DNA from: Squalus acanthias
Lineage: Eukaryota
DNA length: 64,000 bases
NCBI GenBank assembly: GCA_030390025.1
Contig: JASTWF010000356.1
Span: 186,001-250,000, forward strand
Direction: 5' to 3'
Position 1 is the stretch's first letter. Each line of letters opens with the position of its first letter. The notes below the pieces were generated by a model. The model was not told the origin of the DNA, ran no database searches, and saw only the letters and a program-made list of their open reading frames with translations. Shown here one piece after another: positions 37,501-52,500 of the stretch. The position numbers and the translations under genes are program-made.

Positions 37501-40500
37501 GGGGCCTCACCGTGTCACAGTGAGGGAGGCAGGCGATTCACATTGTCACAGTGAGGGAGGGAGGTGATTCACAGTGTCACAGTGAGGGAGGAAGGGGCTT
37601 CACATGTCACAGTGAGGGAGGGAGGGGCCTCACCGTGTCACAGTGAGGGAGTGGATTCACAGTGTCACTGTGAGGGAGGGATGGTCCTCATAGTGTCACA
37701 GTGAGGGAGGGAGGTTCCTCACCGTGTCTCAGTGAGGGAGGGAGGGGCTTCACAGTGTCACAGTGAGGGAGGGAGGGGATTCACAGTGTCACAGTGAGGG
37801 AGGGGATTCACAGTGTCACATTGAGGGAGGGAGGGGCCTCACGGTGTCACCGTGAGGGAGGGAGAGGCCTCACCATATCAAAGTGAGGGAGGGAGGGGAT
37901 TCACAGTGTCACAGTGAGGGAGGGGTTTCACAGTGTCACAGTGAGGGAGTGAGGGGCCTCATAGTGTCACAGTGAGGGACGGAGGGGCCTCACCGTGTCA
38001 CAGAGAGGGAGGGAGGGGCCTCAAAGTCTCACAGTGAGGGAGGGAGGGGCCTCACCGTATCAAAGTGAGGGAGGGAGGGGATTCACAGTGTCTCAGTGAG
38101 GGAGGCAGGGGCTTCACAATGTCACAGTGAGGGAGGGTGGAGATTCACAATGTCACAGTGAGGGAGGGAGGGGATTCACAGTGTTACTGTGAGGGAGTGA
38201 GGGGCCTCATAGTGTCACAGTGAGGGAGGGAGGTTCCTCACAGTGTCACTGTGAGGGAGGGATGGTCCTCATAGTGTCACAGTGAGGGGGGGAGGTTCCT
38301 CACCGTGTCTCAGTGAGGGAGGGAGGGGCTTCAAAGTGTCACAGTGAGGGAGGGAGGGGCTTCACAGTGTCACAGTGAGGGAGGGAGGGGATTCACAGTG
38401 TCACAGTGAGGGAGGGGATTCACAGTGTCACATTGAGGGAGGGAGGGGCCTCACGGTGTCACCGTGAGGGAGGGAGAGGCCTCACCATATCAAAGTGAGG
38501 GAGGGAGGGTATTCACAGTGTCACAGTGAGGGAGGGAGGGTCCTCACCGTGTCACAGTGAGGGAGGGAGGGAATTCACACTGTCACAGTGAGGGAGGGGA
38601 TTCACAGTGTCACAGTGAGGGAGGGAGGGGCTTCACAGTCTCCCAGTGAGGGAGGGAGGGGCCTCACCGTGTCACAGTGAGGGAGGCAGGCGATTCACAT
38701 TGTCACAGTGAGGGAGGGAGGTGATTCACAGTGTCACAGTGAGGGAGGAAGGGGCTTCACATGTCACAGTGAGGGAGGGAGGGGCCTCACCGTGTCACAG
38801 TGAGGGAGTGGATTCACAGTGTCACTGTGAGGGAGGGATGGTCCTCATAGTGTCACAGTGAGGGAGGGAGGTTCCTCACCGTGTCTCAGTGAGGGAGGGA
38901 GGGGCTTCACAGTGTCACAGTGAGGGAGGGAGGGGATTCACAGTGTCACAGTGAGGGAGGGGATTCACAGTGTCACATTGAGGGAGGGAGGGGCCTCACG
39001 GTGTCACCGTGAGGGAGGGAGAGGCCTCACCATATCAAAGTGAGGGAGGGAGGGGATTCACAGTGTCACAGTGAGGGAGGGGTTTCACAGTGTCACAGTG
39101 AGGGAGTGAGGGGCCTCATAGTGTCACAGTGAGGGACGGAGGGGCCTCACCGTGTCACAGAGAGGGAGGGAGGGGCCTCAAAGTCTCACAGTGAGGGAGG
39201 GAGGGGCCTCACCGTATCAAAGTGAGGGAGGGAGGGGATTCACAGTGTCTCAGTGAGGGAGGCAGGGGCTTCACAATGTCACAGTGAGGGAGGGTGGAGA
39301 TTCACAATGTCACAGTGAGGGAGGGAGGGGATTCACAGTGTTACTGTGAGGGAGTGAGGGGCCTCATAGTGTCACAGTGAGGGAGGGAGGTTCCTCACCG
39401 TGTCACAGTGAGGGAGGGAGGGGCTTCAAAGTGTCACAGTGAGGGAGGGAGGGGCTTCACAGTGTCACAGTGAGGGTGGGAGGGGCCTCACAGTGTCACT
39501 GTGAGGGAGGGAGGGGCTTCACAGTGTCACACTGAGGGAGGGAGGGGCCTCACAGTGTCGCAGTGAGGGAGGGAGGGGATTCACAGTGTCACAGTGAGGA
39601 GGGAGGGGATCCACAGTGTCACAGTGAGGTAGGAGCTTCACAGTGTCACACTGATGGCGGGTGGTGATTCAAAGTGTCACAGTGAGGGAGGGAGAGGATT
39701 CAAAATGTCACAGTGAGCGAGGGAGGGGATTCACAGTGTCACAGTGAGGGAGGGCTTTCACAGTGTCACAGTGAGGGAGGGAGCGTCCTCACAGTGTCAC
39801 AGTGAGGGAGGGAGGGGCCTCACCGTATCTCAGTGAGGGAGGGAGCGGATTCACAGTGACACAGTGAGGGAGGGGTTTCACAGTGTCACAGTGATGGAGG
39901 GAGGGGCCTCATAGTGTCACAATGAGGGAGGGAGGGACTTCAAAGTGGCACAGTGAGGGAGGGAGGAATTCACAGTGTCACCGTGAGGGAGGGAGGGGCC
40001 TCATAGTGTCACAGTGAGGCAGGGAGGGTCATCACCGTGTCACAGTGAGGGAGGGAGAGGCTTCAAAGTGTCACAGTGAGGGAGGGAGGGGCCTCAAAGT
40101 CTCACAGTGAGGGAGGGAGGGGCCTCACCGTATCAAAGTGAGGGAGGGAGGGGATTCACAGTGTCACAGTGAGGGAGGCAGGGGCTTCACAATGTCACAG
40201 TGAGGGAGGGTGGGGATTCACAATGTCACAGTGAGGGAGGGAGGGGATTCACAGTGTCACTGTGAGGGAGTGAGGGGCCTCATAATGTCACAGTGAGGGA
40301 GGGAGGTTCCTCACCGTGTCACAGTGAGGGAGGGAGGGGCTTCAAAGTGTCACAGTGAGGGAGGGAGGGGCTTCACAGTGTCATAGTGAGGGTGGGAGGG
40401 GCCTCACAGTGTCACTGTGAGGGAGGGAGGGGCTTCACAGTGTCACACTGAGGGAGGGAGGGGCCTCACAGTGTCGCAGTGAGGGAGGGAGGGGATTCAC

Positions 40501-43500
40501 AGTGTCACAGTGAGGAGGGAGGGGATCCACAGTGTCACAGTGAGGTAGGAGCTTCACAGTGTCATACTGAGGGCGGGTGGTGATTCAGAGTGTCACAGTG
40601 AGGGAGGGAGAGGATTCAAAATGTCACAGTGAGCGAGGGAGGGGATTCACAGTGTCACAGTGAGGGAGGGCTTTCACAGAGTCACAGTGAGGGAGGGAGC
40701 GTCCTCACAGTGTCACAGTGAGGGAGGGAGGTGCCTCACCGTATCTCAGTGAGGGAGGGAGCGGATTCACAGTGTCACAGTGAGGGAGGGGTTTCACAGT
40801 GTCACAGTGATGGAGGGAGGGGCCTCATAGTGTCACAATGAGGGAGGGAGGGACTTCAAAGTGTCACAGTGAGGGAGGGAGGAATTCACAGTGTCACCGT
40901 GAGGGAGGGAGGGGCCTCATAGTGTCACAGTGAGGCAGGGAGGGTCATCACCGTGTCACAGTGAGGGAGGGAGGGGCTTCAAAGTGTCACAGTGAGGGAG
41001 GGAGGGGCTTCACAGTGTCACAGTGAGGGAGGGAGCAGATTCACAGTGTCACAGTGGGGGTGGGGATTCAAAGTGTCACAGTGAGGGAGGGAGGGGCCTC
41101 ACAGTGGCACAGTGAGGGAGGGAGGGGTCTCACCTTATCACAGTGAGGGAGGGAGGGGACTCACAGTGTCACAGTGAGGGAGGGGTTTCACAGTGTCACA
41201 GTGAGGGAGGGAGGGGCCTCATAGTGTCACAGTGAGGGAGGGAGTGGCCTCACCGTGTCACAGAGAGGGAGTGAGGGGCTTCAAAGTGTCACAGTGAGGG
41301 AGGGAGGGTCTTCACAGTGTCACATTGATGGAGAGAGGGGCCTCACAATGTCACAGTGAGGGAGGGAGGGGCCTCACAGTGTCACTGTGAGGGAGGGAGG
41401 GGCTTCACAGTGTCACACTGAGGGAGGGAGGGGCCTCACAGTGTCGCAGTGAGGGATGGGATTCACAGTGTCACAGTGAGGACGGAGGGGATCCACAGTG
41501 TCACAGTGAGGGAGGAGCTCCACAGTGTCACACTGAGGGAGGAAGGGGATTCACAGTGTTACAGTGAGGGAGGGAGGGTATTCACAGTGTCACAGTGAGG
41601 GCGGGAGGTGATTCAGAGTGTCACAGTGAGGGAGGCAGGGGATTCACAGTATCACAGTGAGCGAGGGAGGGGATTCACAGTGTCACAGTGAGGGAGGGCT
41701 TTCACAGTGTCACAGTGAGGGAGGGAGCGTCCTCACAGTGTCACAGTGAGGGAGGGAGGGGCCTCACCGTATCACAGTGAGGGAGGGAGGGATTCACAGT
41801 GTCACAGTGAGGGAGGGGATTCACAGTGTCACAGTGAGGGAGGGAGGGGCCTCACAGTGTCACAGTGAGGGAGGGAGGGGCTTCACAGTGTCACAGTGAG
41901 GAGGGAGGAATTCACAGTGTCACAGTGAGGGAGGGAGGGGCTCACAGTGTCACAGTGAGGCAGGGAGGGTCCTCACCGTGTCACAGTGAGGGAGGGAGGG
42001 GCTTCAAGTGTCACAGTGAGGGAGGGAGGGGCTTCACAGTGTCACAGTGAGGGAGGGCAGGGATTCACAGTGTCACAGTGGGGGTGGGGATTCAAAGTGT
42101 CACAGTGAGGCAGGGAGGGGCCTCACAGTGTCACAGTGAGGGAGGGAGGGGCCTCACCTTATCACAGTGAGGGAGGGAGGGAACTCACAGTGTCACAGTG
42201 AGGGAGGGGTTTCACAGTGTCACAGTGAGGGAGGGAGTGGCCTCACCGTGTCACAGAGAGGGAGTGAGGGGCTTCAAAGTGTCACAGTGAGGGAGGGAGG
42301 GTCTTCACAGTGTCACATTGATGGAGGGAGGGGCCTCACAATGTCACAGGGAGGGAGGGAGGGGCTTCACAGTGTCACAGTGAGGGAGGGAGGGGTTTCA
42401 CAATGTCACAGTGAGGGAGGGAGGGGATTCACTGTGTCACCGTGAGGGAGTGAGGGGCATCATAGTGTCACAGTGAGGGAGGGTCCTCCCCGTGTCACAG
42501 TGAGGGAGTGAGGGGCATCAAAGTGTCACAGTGAGGGAGGGCGGGGCTTCACAGTGTCACAGTGAGGGAGGGAGGGGCTTCACAGTGTCACAGTGAGGGA
42601 GGGAGGGGCCTCACCGTGTCACAGTTAGGGAGGCAGGCGATTCACATTGTCACAGTGAGGGAGGGAGGTGATTCACAGTGTCACATTGAGGGAGGAAGGG
42701 GATTCACAGTGTCACAGTGAGTGAGGGAGGGAGGGGATTCACAGTGTCACAGTGAGTGAGAGAGGGGGTTCACAGTGTCACAGTGAGTGAGGGAGAGGCT
42801 TCAAAGTGTCACAGTGAGGGAGGGAGGGGATTCACAGTTTCACAGTGAGGGAGGGAGTGGATTCACAGTGTCACAGTGAGGGAGAGAGAGGATTCACAGT
42901 GTCACAGTGAGGGAGGGGATTCACAGTCACAGTGAGGGAGGGAGGGGATTCACAGTGTCACAGTGAGGGTGGGAGGGGATCCACAGTGTCACAGTGAGGG
43001 AGGGAGGGGCCTCACAATGTCACACTGAGGGAGGGAGGGGATTCACAGTGTCACAGTGAGGGAGGCAGGGGCCTCACAGTGTCACAGTGAGGGAGGGAGG
43101 GGCTTCACAGTGTCACAGTGAGGGAGGGAGGGGATTCACTGTGTCACCGTGAGGGAGTGAGGGGCATCATAGTGTCACAGTGAGGGAGGGTCCTCCCCGT
43201 GTCACAGTGAGGGAGTGAGGGGCATCAAAGTGTCACAGTGAGGGAGGGCGGGGCTTCACAGTGTCACAGTGAGGGAGGGAGGGGCTTCACAGTGTCACAG
43301 TGAGGGAGGGAGGGGCCTCACCGTGTCACAGTTAGGGAGGGAGGGGCCTCACAATGTCACACTGAGGGAGGGAGGGGATTCACAGTGTCACAGTGAGGGA
43401 GGCAGGGGGCTCACAGTGTCACAGTGAGGGAGGGAGGGGCCTCACCGTGTCACAGTGAGGGAGGGAGGGAATTAACAGTGTCACAGTGATGTAGGGAGGG

Positions 43501-46500
43501 GATTCACAGTGTCACAGTGAGGGAGGGAGGGGATTCACAGTGTCACAGTGAGGGAGGGAGGGGATTCACAGTGTCAAAGTGAGGGAGGGGATTCACAGTG
43601 TCACAGTGAGGGAGGGGCCACACAGTGTCACAGTGAGGGAGGGAGGGGCCTCACCGTGTCACAGTGAGGGAGGGAGGGAGCGCACAGTGTCACAGTGAGG
43701 GAGGGATGGTCCTCACCGTGTCACAGTGAGGGAGGGAGGGAATTCACACTGTCACAGTGAGGGAGGGGATTCACAGTGTCACAGTGAGGGAGGGAGGGGC
43801 TTCACAGTCTCCCAGTGAGGGAGGGAGGGAGGGGCCTCACCGTGTCACAGTGAGGGAGGCAGGCGATTCACATTGTCACAGTGAGGGAGGGAGGTGATTC
43901 ACAGTGTCACAGTGAGGGAGGAAGGGGCTTCACATGTCATAGTGAGGGAGGGAGGGGCCTCACCGTGTCACAGTGAGGGAGTGGATTCACAGTGTCACTG
44001 TGAGGGAGGGATGGTCCTCATAGTGTCACAGTGAGGGAGGGAGGTTCCTCACCGTGTCTCAGTGAGGGAGGGAGGGGCTTCAAAGTGTCACAGTGAGGGA
44101 GGGAGGGGCTTCACCGTGTCACAGTGAGGGAGGGAGGGGATTCACAGTGTCACAGTGAGGGAGGGGATTCACAGTGTCACATTGAGGGAGGGGCCTCACG
44201 GTGTCACCGTGAGGGAGGGAGAGGCCTCACCATATCAAAGTGAGGGAGGGAGGGGATTCACAGTGTCACAGTGAGGGAGGGGTTTCACAGTGTCACAGTG
44301 AGGGAGTGAGGGGCCTCATAGTGTCACAGTGAGGGACGGAGGGGCCTCACCGTATCAAAGTGAGGGAGGGAGGGGATTCACAATGTCACAGTGAGGGAGG
44401 CAGGGGCTTCACAATGTCACAGTGAGGGAGGGTGGGGATTCACAATGTCACAGTGAGGGAGGGAGGGGATTCACAGTGTCACTGTGAGGGAGTGAGGGGC
44501 CTCATAGTGTCACAGTGAGGGAGGGAGGTTCCTCACCGTGTCACAGTGAGGGAGGGAGGGGCTTCAAAGTGTCACAGTGAGGGAGGGAGGGGCTTCACAG
44601 TGTCACAGTGAGGGTGGGAGGGGCCTCACAGTGTCACTGTGAGGGAGGGAGGGGCTTCACAGTGTCACACTGAGGGAGGGAGGGGCCTCACAGTGTCGCA
44701 GTGAGGGAGGGAGGGGATTCACAGTGTCACAGTGAGGAGGGAGGGGATCCACAGTGTCACAGTGAGGTAGGAGCTTCACAGTGTCACACTGATGGCGGGT
44801 GGTGATTCAGAGTGTCACAGTGAGGGAGGGAGAGGATTCAAAATGTCACAGTGAGCGAGGGAGGGGATTCACAGTGTCACAGTGAGGGAGGGCTTTCACA
44901 GTGTCACAGTGAGGGAGGGAGCGTCCTCACAGTGTCACAGTGAGGGAGAGAGGGGCCTCACCGTATCTCAGTGAGGGAGGGAGCGGATTCCCAGTGACAC
45001 AGTGAGGGAGGGGTTTCACAGTGTCACAGTGATGGAGGGAGGGGCCTCATAGTGTCACAATGAGGGAGGGAGGGACTTCAAAGTGGCACAGTGAGGGAGG
45101 GAGGAATTCACAGTGTCACCGTGAGGGAGGGAGGGGCCTCATAGTGTCACAGTGAGGCAGGAAGGGTCATCACCGTGTCACAGTGAGGGAGGGAGGGGCT
45201 TCAAAGTGTCACAGTGAGGGAGGGAGGGGCTTCACAGTGTCACAGTGAGGGAGGGAGCAGATTCACAATGTCACAGTGAGGGAGGGTGGGGATTCACAAT
45301 GTCACAGTGAGGGAGGGAGGGGATTCACAGTGTCACTGTGAGGGAGTGAGGGGCCTCATAGTGTCACAGTGAGGGAGGGAGGTTCCTCACCGTGTCACAG
45401 TGAGGGAGGGAGGGGCTTCAAAGTGTCACAGTGAGGGAGGGAGGGGCTTCACAGTGTCACAGTGAGGGTGGGAGGGGCCTCACAGTGTCACTGTGAGGGA
45501 GGGAGGGGCTTCACAGTGTCACACTGAGGGAGGGAGGGGCCTCACAGTGTCGCAGTGAGGGAGGGAGGGGATTCACAGTGTCACAGTGAGGAGGGAGGGG
45601 ATCCACAGTGTCACAGTGAGGTAGGAGCTTCACAGTGTCACACTGATGGCGGGTGGTGATTCAGAGTGTCACAGTGAGGGAGGGAGAGGATTCAAAATGT
45701 CACAGTGAGCGAGGGAGGGGATTCACAGTGTCACAGTGAGGGAGGGCTTTCACAGTGTCACAGTGAGGGAGGGAGCGTCCTCACAGTGTCACAGTGAGGT
45801 AGGGAGGGGCCTCACCGTATCTCAGTGAGGGAGGGAGCGGATTCACAGTGTCACAGTGAGGGAGGGGTTTCCCAGTGTCACAGTGATGGAGGGAGGGGCC
45901 TCATAGTGTCACAATGAGGGAGGGAGGGACTTCAAAGTGGCACAGTGAGGGAGGGAGGAATTCACAGTGTCACCGTGAGGGAGGGAGGGGCCTCATAGTG
46001 TCACAGTGAGGCAGGGAGGGTCATCACCGTGTCACAGTGAGGGAGGGAGGGGCTTCAAAGTGTCACAGTGAGGGAGGGAGGGGATTCACAGTGTCACAGT
46101 GAGGGAGGGAGGAGATTCACAGTGTCACAGTGAGGGGAGGGGATTCACAGTGTCACAGTGAGGGAGGGAGGGGCTCACAGTGTCACAGTGAGGGAGGGAG
46201 GGGTCTCACAGTGTCACAGTGAGGGAGGGAGGGGATTCACAGTGTCACAGTGAGGGAGGGGGATTCACAGTGTCACAGTGAGGGAGGGAGGGGCTTCACA
46301 GTGTCACAGTGAGGGAGGGAGGGCTTCACAGTGTCACAGTGAGGGAGTGAGGGGCTTCAAAGTGTCACAGTGAGGGAGGGAGGGGCTTCACAGTGTCACA
46401 GTGAGGGAGGGAGGGGCTTCACAGTGTCACAGTGAGGGAGGGAGGGGCTTCACAGTGTCACTGTGAGGGAGGGAGGGGCTTCACAGTGTCACAGTGAGGG

Positions 46501-49500
46501 AGGGAGGGGCCTCACAGTGTCACAGTGAGGGAGGGAGGGGATTCACAGTGTCACAGTGAGGACGGAGGGGATCCACAGTGTCACAGTGAGGGAGGAGCTT
46601 CACAGTGTCACACTGAGGGAGGAAGGGGATTCACAGTGTTACAGTGAGGGAGGGAGGGTATTCACAGTGTCACAGTGAGGGCGGGAGGTGATTCAGAGTG
46701 TCACAGTGAGGGAGGGTGGGGATTCACAGTGTCACAGTGAGCGAGGGAGGGGATTCACAGTGTCACAGTGAGGGAGGGCTTTCAAAGTCTCACAGTGAGG
46801 GAGGGAGCGTCCTCACAGTGTCACAGTGAGGGAGGGAGGGGCCTCACCGTATCTCAGTGAGGGAGGGAGCGGATTCACAGTGTCACAGTGAGGGAGGGGT
46901 TTCACAGTGTCACAGTGAGGGAGGGAGGTGCCTCATAGTGTCACAATGAGGGAGGGAGGGGCTTCAAAGTGTCACAGTGAGGGAGGGAGGAATTCACAGT
47001 GTCACCGTGGGGGAGGGAGGGGCCTCATAGTGTCACAGTGAGGCAGGGAGGGTCCTCACCGTGTCACAGTGAGGGAGGGAGGGGCTTCAAAGTGTCACAG
47101 TGAGGGAGGGAGGGGCTTCACAGTGTCACAGTGAGGGAGGGCGCAGATTCACAGTGTCACAGTGGGGGTGGGGATTCAAAGTGTCACAGTGAGGCAGGGA
47201 GGGGCCTCACAGTGTCACAGTGAGGGAGGGAGGGGCCTCACCTTATCACAGTGAGGGAGGGAGGGAACTCACAGTGTCACAGTGAGGGAGGGGTTTCACA
47301 GTGTCACAGTGAGGGAGGGAGTGGCCTCACCGCGTCACAGAGAGGGAGTGAGGGGCTTCAAAGTGTCACAGTGAGGGAGGGAGGGTCTTCACAGTGTCAC
47401 ATTGATGGAGGGAGTGGCCTCACAATGTCACAGGGAGGGAGGGAGGGGCTTCACAGTGTCACAGTGAGGGAGGGAGGAGATTCACAATGTCACAGTGAGG
47501 GAGGGAGGGGATTCACTGTGTCACCGTGAGGGAGTGAGGAGCATCATAGTGTCACAGTGAGGGAGGGGATTCACAGTGTCACAGTGAGGGAGGGAGGGGA
47601 TTCACAGTGTCACAGTGAGGGAGGGAGGGGATTCACAGTGTCACAGTGAGGGAGGGAGGGGATTCACAGTGTCACAGTGAGGGAGGGAGGGGCTTCACAG
47701 TGTCACAGTGAGGGAGGGAGGGGATTCACAGTGTCACAGTGAGGGAGGGAGGGGATTCACAGTGTCACAGTGAGGGAGGAGGGGATTCACAGTGTCACAG
47801 TGAGGGAGGGAGGGGATTCACAGTGTCACAGTGAGGGAGGGAGGGGATTCACAGTGTCACAGTGAGGGAGGGAGGGATTCACAGTGTCACAGTGAGGGAG
47901 GGAGGGCTTCACAGTGTCACAGTGAGGGAGGGAGGGATTCACAGTGTCACAGTGAGGGAGGGAGGGGATTCACAGTGTCACAGTGAGGGAGGGAGGGGAT
48001 TCACAGTGTCACAGTGAGGGAGGGAGGGGATTCACAGTGTCACAGTGAGGGAGGGGGATTCACAGTGTCACAGTGAGGGAGGGAGGGGATTCACAGTGTC
48101 ACAGTGAGGGAGGGAGGGGATTCACAGTGTCACAGTGAGGGAGGGAGGGGATTCACAGTGTCACAGTGAGGGAGGGAGGGGATTCACAGTGTCACAGTGA
48201 GGGAGGGAGGGGATTCACAGTGTCACAGTGAGGGAGGGAGGGGCTTCACAGTGTCACAGTGAGGGAGGGGGGGATTCACAGTGTCACAGTGAGGGAGGGA
48301 GGGGATTCACAGTGTCACAGTGAGGGAGGGAGGGGATTCACAGTGTCACAGTGAGGGAGGGAGGGATTCACAGTGTCACAGTGAGGGAGGGAGGGGATTC
48401 ACAGTGTCACAGTGAGGGAGGGAGGGGATTCACAGTGTCACAGTGAGGGAGGAGGGGATTCACAGTGTCACAGTGAGGGGAGGGAGGGGATTCACAGTGT
48501 CACAGTGAGGGAGGGAGGGGATTCACAGTGTCACAGTGAGGGAGGGAGGGGATTCACAGTGTCACAGTGAGGGAGGGAGGGGCTTCACAGTGTCACAGTG
48601 AGGGAGGGAGGGGCCTCACAGTGTCACTGTGAGGGAGGGAGGGGCTTCACAGTGTCACACTGAGGGAGGGAGGGGCCTCACAGTGTCGCAGTGAGGGAGG
48701 GAGGGGATTCACAGTGTCACAGTGAGGAGGGAGGGGATCCACAGTGTCACAGTGAGGGAGGAGCTTCACAGTGTCACACTGAGGGAGGGAGGGGATTCAC
48801 AGTGTTACAGTGAGGGAGGGAGGTTATTCACAGTGTCACAGTGAGGGCGGGTGGTGATTCAGAGTGTCACAGTGAGGGAGGGTGGGGATTCACAGTGTCA
48901 CAGTGAGCGAGGGAGGGGATTCACAGTGTCACAGTGAGGGAGGGCTTTCACAGTGTTACAGTGAGGGAGGGAGCGTCTTCACAGTGTCACAGTGAGGGAG
49001 GGAGGGGCCTCACCGTATCTCAGTGAGGGAGGGAGCGGATTCACAGTGTCACAGTGAGGGAGGGGTTTCACAGTGTCACAGTGAGGGAGGGAGGGGCCTC
49101 ATAGTGTCACAGTGAGGAGGGAGGGTCTCACCGTGTCACAGTGAGGGAGGGAGGGGCTTCACAGTGTCACAGTGAGGGAGGGAGGGGCTTCACAGTGTCA
49201 CAGTGAGGGAGGGAGCGATTCACAGTGTCGCAGTGGAGGGAGGGGATTCAAAGTGTCACAGTGAGGGAGGGAGGGGCTTCACAGTGTCACAGTGAGGGAG
49301 GGAGGGGTCTCACCTTATCACAGTGAGGGAGGGAGGGGACTCACAGTGTCACAGTGAGGGAGGGGTTTCACAGTGTCACAGTGAGGGAGGGAGGGGCCTC
49401 ATATTGTCACAGTGAGGGAGGGAGTGGCCTCACCGTGTCACAGAGAGGGAGTGAGGGGCTTCAAAGTGTCACAGTGAGGGAGGGAGGGGCATCAAAGTGT

Positions 49501-52500
49501 CACAGTGAGGGAGGGCGGGGCTTCACAGTGTCACAGTGAGGGAGGGAGCGGCTTCACAGTGTCACAGTGAGGGAGGGAGGGGCCTCACCGTGTCACAGTT
49601 AGGGAGGGAGGGGATTCACAGTGTCACAGTGAGGGAGGCAGGGGCTTCACAATGTCACAGTGAGGGAGGGTGGGGATTCACAATGTCACAGTGAGGGAGG
49701 GAGGGGATTCACAGTGTCACTGTGAGGGAGTGAGGGGCCTCATAGTGTCACAGTGAGGGAGGGAGGTTCCTCACCGTGTCACAGTGAGGGAGGGAGGGGC
49801 TTCAAAGTGTCACAGTGAGGGAGGGAGGGGCTTCACAGTGTCACAGTGAGGGTGGGAGGGGCCTCACAGTGTCACTGTGAGGGAGGGAGGGGCTTCACAG
49901 TGTCACACTGAGGGAGGGAGGGGCCTCACAGTGTCGCAGTGAGGGAGGGAGGGGATTCACAGTGTCACAGTGAGGAGGGAGGGGATCCACAGTGTCACAG
50001 TGAGGGAGGAGCTTCACAGTGTCACACTGAGGGAGGGAGGGGATTCACAGTGTTACAGTGAGGGAGGGAGGTTATTCACAGTGTCACAGTGAGGGAGGGA
50101 GGGGATTCACAGTGTCACAGTGAGGGAGGGAGGGATTCACAGTGTCACAGTGAGGGAGGGAGGGGATTCACAGTGTCACAGTGAGGAGGGAGGGGATTCA
50201 CAGTGTCACAGTGAGGGAGGGAGGGGATTCACAGTGTCACAGTGAGGGAGGGAGGGGCTTCACAGTGTCACAGTGAGGGAGGGAGGGATTCACAGTGTCA
50301 CAGTGAGGGAGGGAGGGGATTCACAGTGTCACAGTGAGGGAGGGAGGGGATTCACAGTGTCACAGTGAGGAGGAGGGGGATTCACAGTGTCACAGTGAGG
50401 GAGGGAGGGGATTCACAGTGTCACAGTGAGGAGGGAGGGGATTCACAGTGTCACAGTGAGGGAGGGAGGGGATTCACAGTGTCACAGTGAGGAGGGAGGG
50501 GATTCACAGTGTCACAGTGAGGGAGGGAGGGGATTCACAGTGTCACAGTGAGGGAGGGAGGGGATTCACAGTGTCACAGTGAGGGAGGGAGGGGATTCAC
50601 AGTGTCACAGTGAGGGAGGGGGTTTCACAGTGTCACAGTGAGGGAGGGAGGGGCTTCACATTGTCACAGTGAGGGAGGGAGTGGCTCACAGTGTCACAGT
50701 GAGGGAGGGAGGGGCTTCACAGTGTCACAGTGAGGGAGGGAGGGGATTCACAGTGTCACAGTGAGGGAGGGAGGGGCTTCACAGTGTCACAGTGAGGGAG
50801 GGAGGGGCTTCACAGTGTCACAGTGAGGGAGGGAGGGGCTTCACAGTGTCACAGTTAGGGAGGCAGGGATTCACATTGTCACAGTGAGGGAGGGAGGTGA
50901 TTCACAGTGTCACAGTGAGGGAGGAGGGGATTCACAGGGTCACAGTGAGGGAGGAAGGGGCTTCACATGTCACAGTGAGGGAGGGAGGGGCCTCACAGTG
51001 TCACAGTGAGGGAGGGGGATTCACAGTGTCACAGTGAGGGAGGGATGGTCCTCATAGTGTCACAGTGAGGGAGGGAGGTTCCTCACCGTGTCTCAGTGAG
51101 GGAGGGAGTGGCTTCAAAGTGTCACAGTGAGGGAGGGAGGGGCTTCACAGTGTCACAGTGAGGGAGGGAGGGGATTCACAGTGTCACAGTGAGGGAGGGG
51201 ATTCACAGTGTCACATTGAGGGAGGGAGGGGCCTCACGGTGTCACCGTGAGGGAGGGAGGGGCCTCACCAGATCAAAGTGAGGGAGGGAGGAGATTCACA
51301 GTGTCACAGTGAGGGAGAGGTTTCACAGTGTCACAGTGAGGGAGTGAGGGGCCTCATAGTGTCACAGTGAGGGACCTCACCGTGTCACAGAGAGAGAGTA
51401 GGGGCTTCAAAGTGTCACAGTGAGGGAGGGAGGGGCCTCATAGTCTCACAGTGAGGGAGGGAGGGGCCTCACCGTATCAAAGTGAGGGAGGGAGGGGATT
51501 CACAGTGTCACAGTGAGGGAGGCAGGGGCTTCACAATGTCACAGTGAGGGAGGGTGGGGATTCACAATGTCACAGTGAGGGAGGGAGGGGATTCACAGTG
51601 TCACCGTGAGGGAGTGAGGGGCCTCATAGTGTCACAGTGAGGGAGGGAGGTTCCTCACCGTGTCACAGTGAGGGAGGGAGGGGCTTCAAAGTGTCACAGT
51701 GAGGGAGGGAGGGGCTTCACAGTGTCACAGTGAGGGAGGGAGGGGCCTCACAGTGTCACTGTGAGGGAGGGAGGGGCTTCACAGTGTCACACTGAGGGAG
51801 GGAGGGGCCTCACAGTGTCGCAGTGAGGGAGGGAGGGGATTCACAGTGTCACAGTGAGGAGGGAGGGGATCCACAGTGTCACAGTGAGGGAGGAGCTTCA
51901 CAGTGTCACACTGAGGGAGGGAGGGGATTCACAGTGTTACAGTGAGGGAGGGAGGTTATTCACAGTGTCACAGTGAGGGCGGGTGGTGATTCAGAGTGTC
52001 ACAGTGAGGGAGGGTGGGGATTCACAGTGTCACAGTGAGCGAGGGAGGGGATTCACAGTGTCACAGTGAGGGAGGGCTTTCACAGTGTTACAGTGAGGGA
52101 GGGAGCGTCTTCACAGTGTCACAGTGAGGGAGGGAGGGGCCTCACCGTATCTCAGTGAGGGAGGGAGCGGATTCACAGTGTCACAGTGAGGGAGGGGTTT
52201 CACAGTGTCACAGTGAGGGAGGGAGGGGCCTCATAGTGTCACAGTGAGGCAGGGAGGGTCCTCACCGTGTCACAGTGAGGGAGGGAGGGGCTTCAAAGTG
52301 TCACAGTGAGGGAGGGAGGGGCTTCACAGTGTCACAGTGAGGGAGGGAGCAGATTCACAGTGTCGCAGTGGGGGTGGGGATTCAAAGTGTCACAGTGAGG
52401 GAGGGAGGGGCCTCACAGTGTCACAGTGAGGGAGGGAGGGGTCTCACCTTATCACAGTGAGGGAGGGAGGGGACTCACAGTGTCACAGTGAGGGAGGGGT

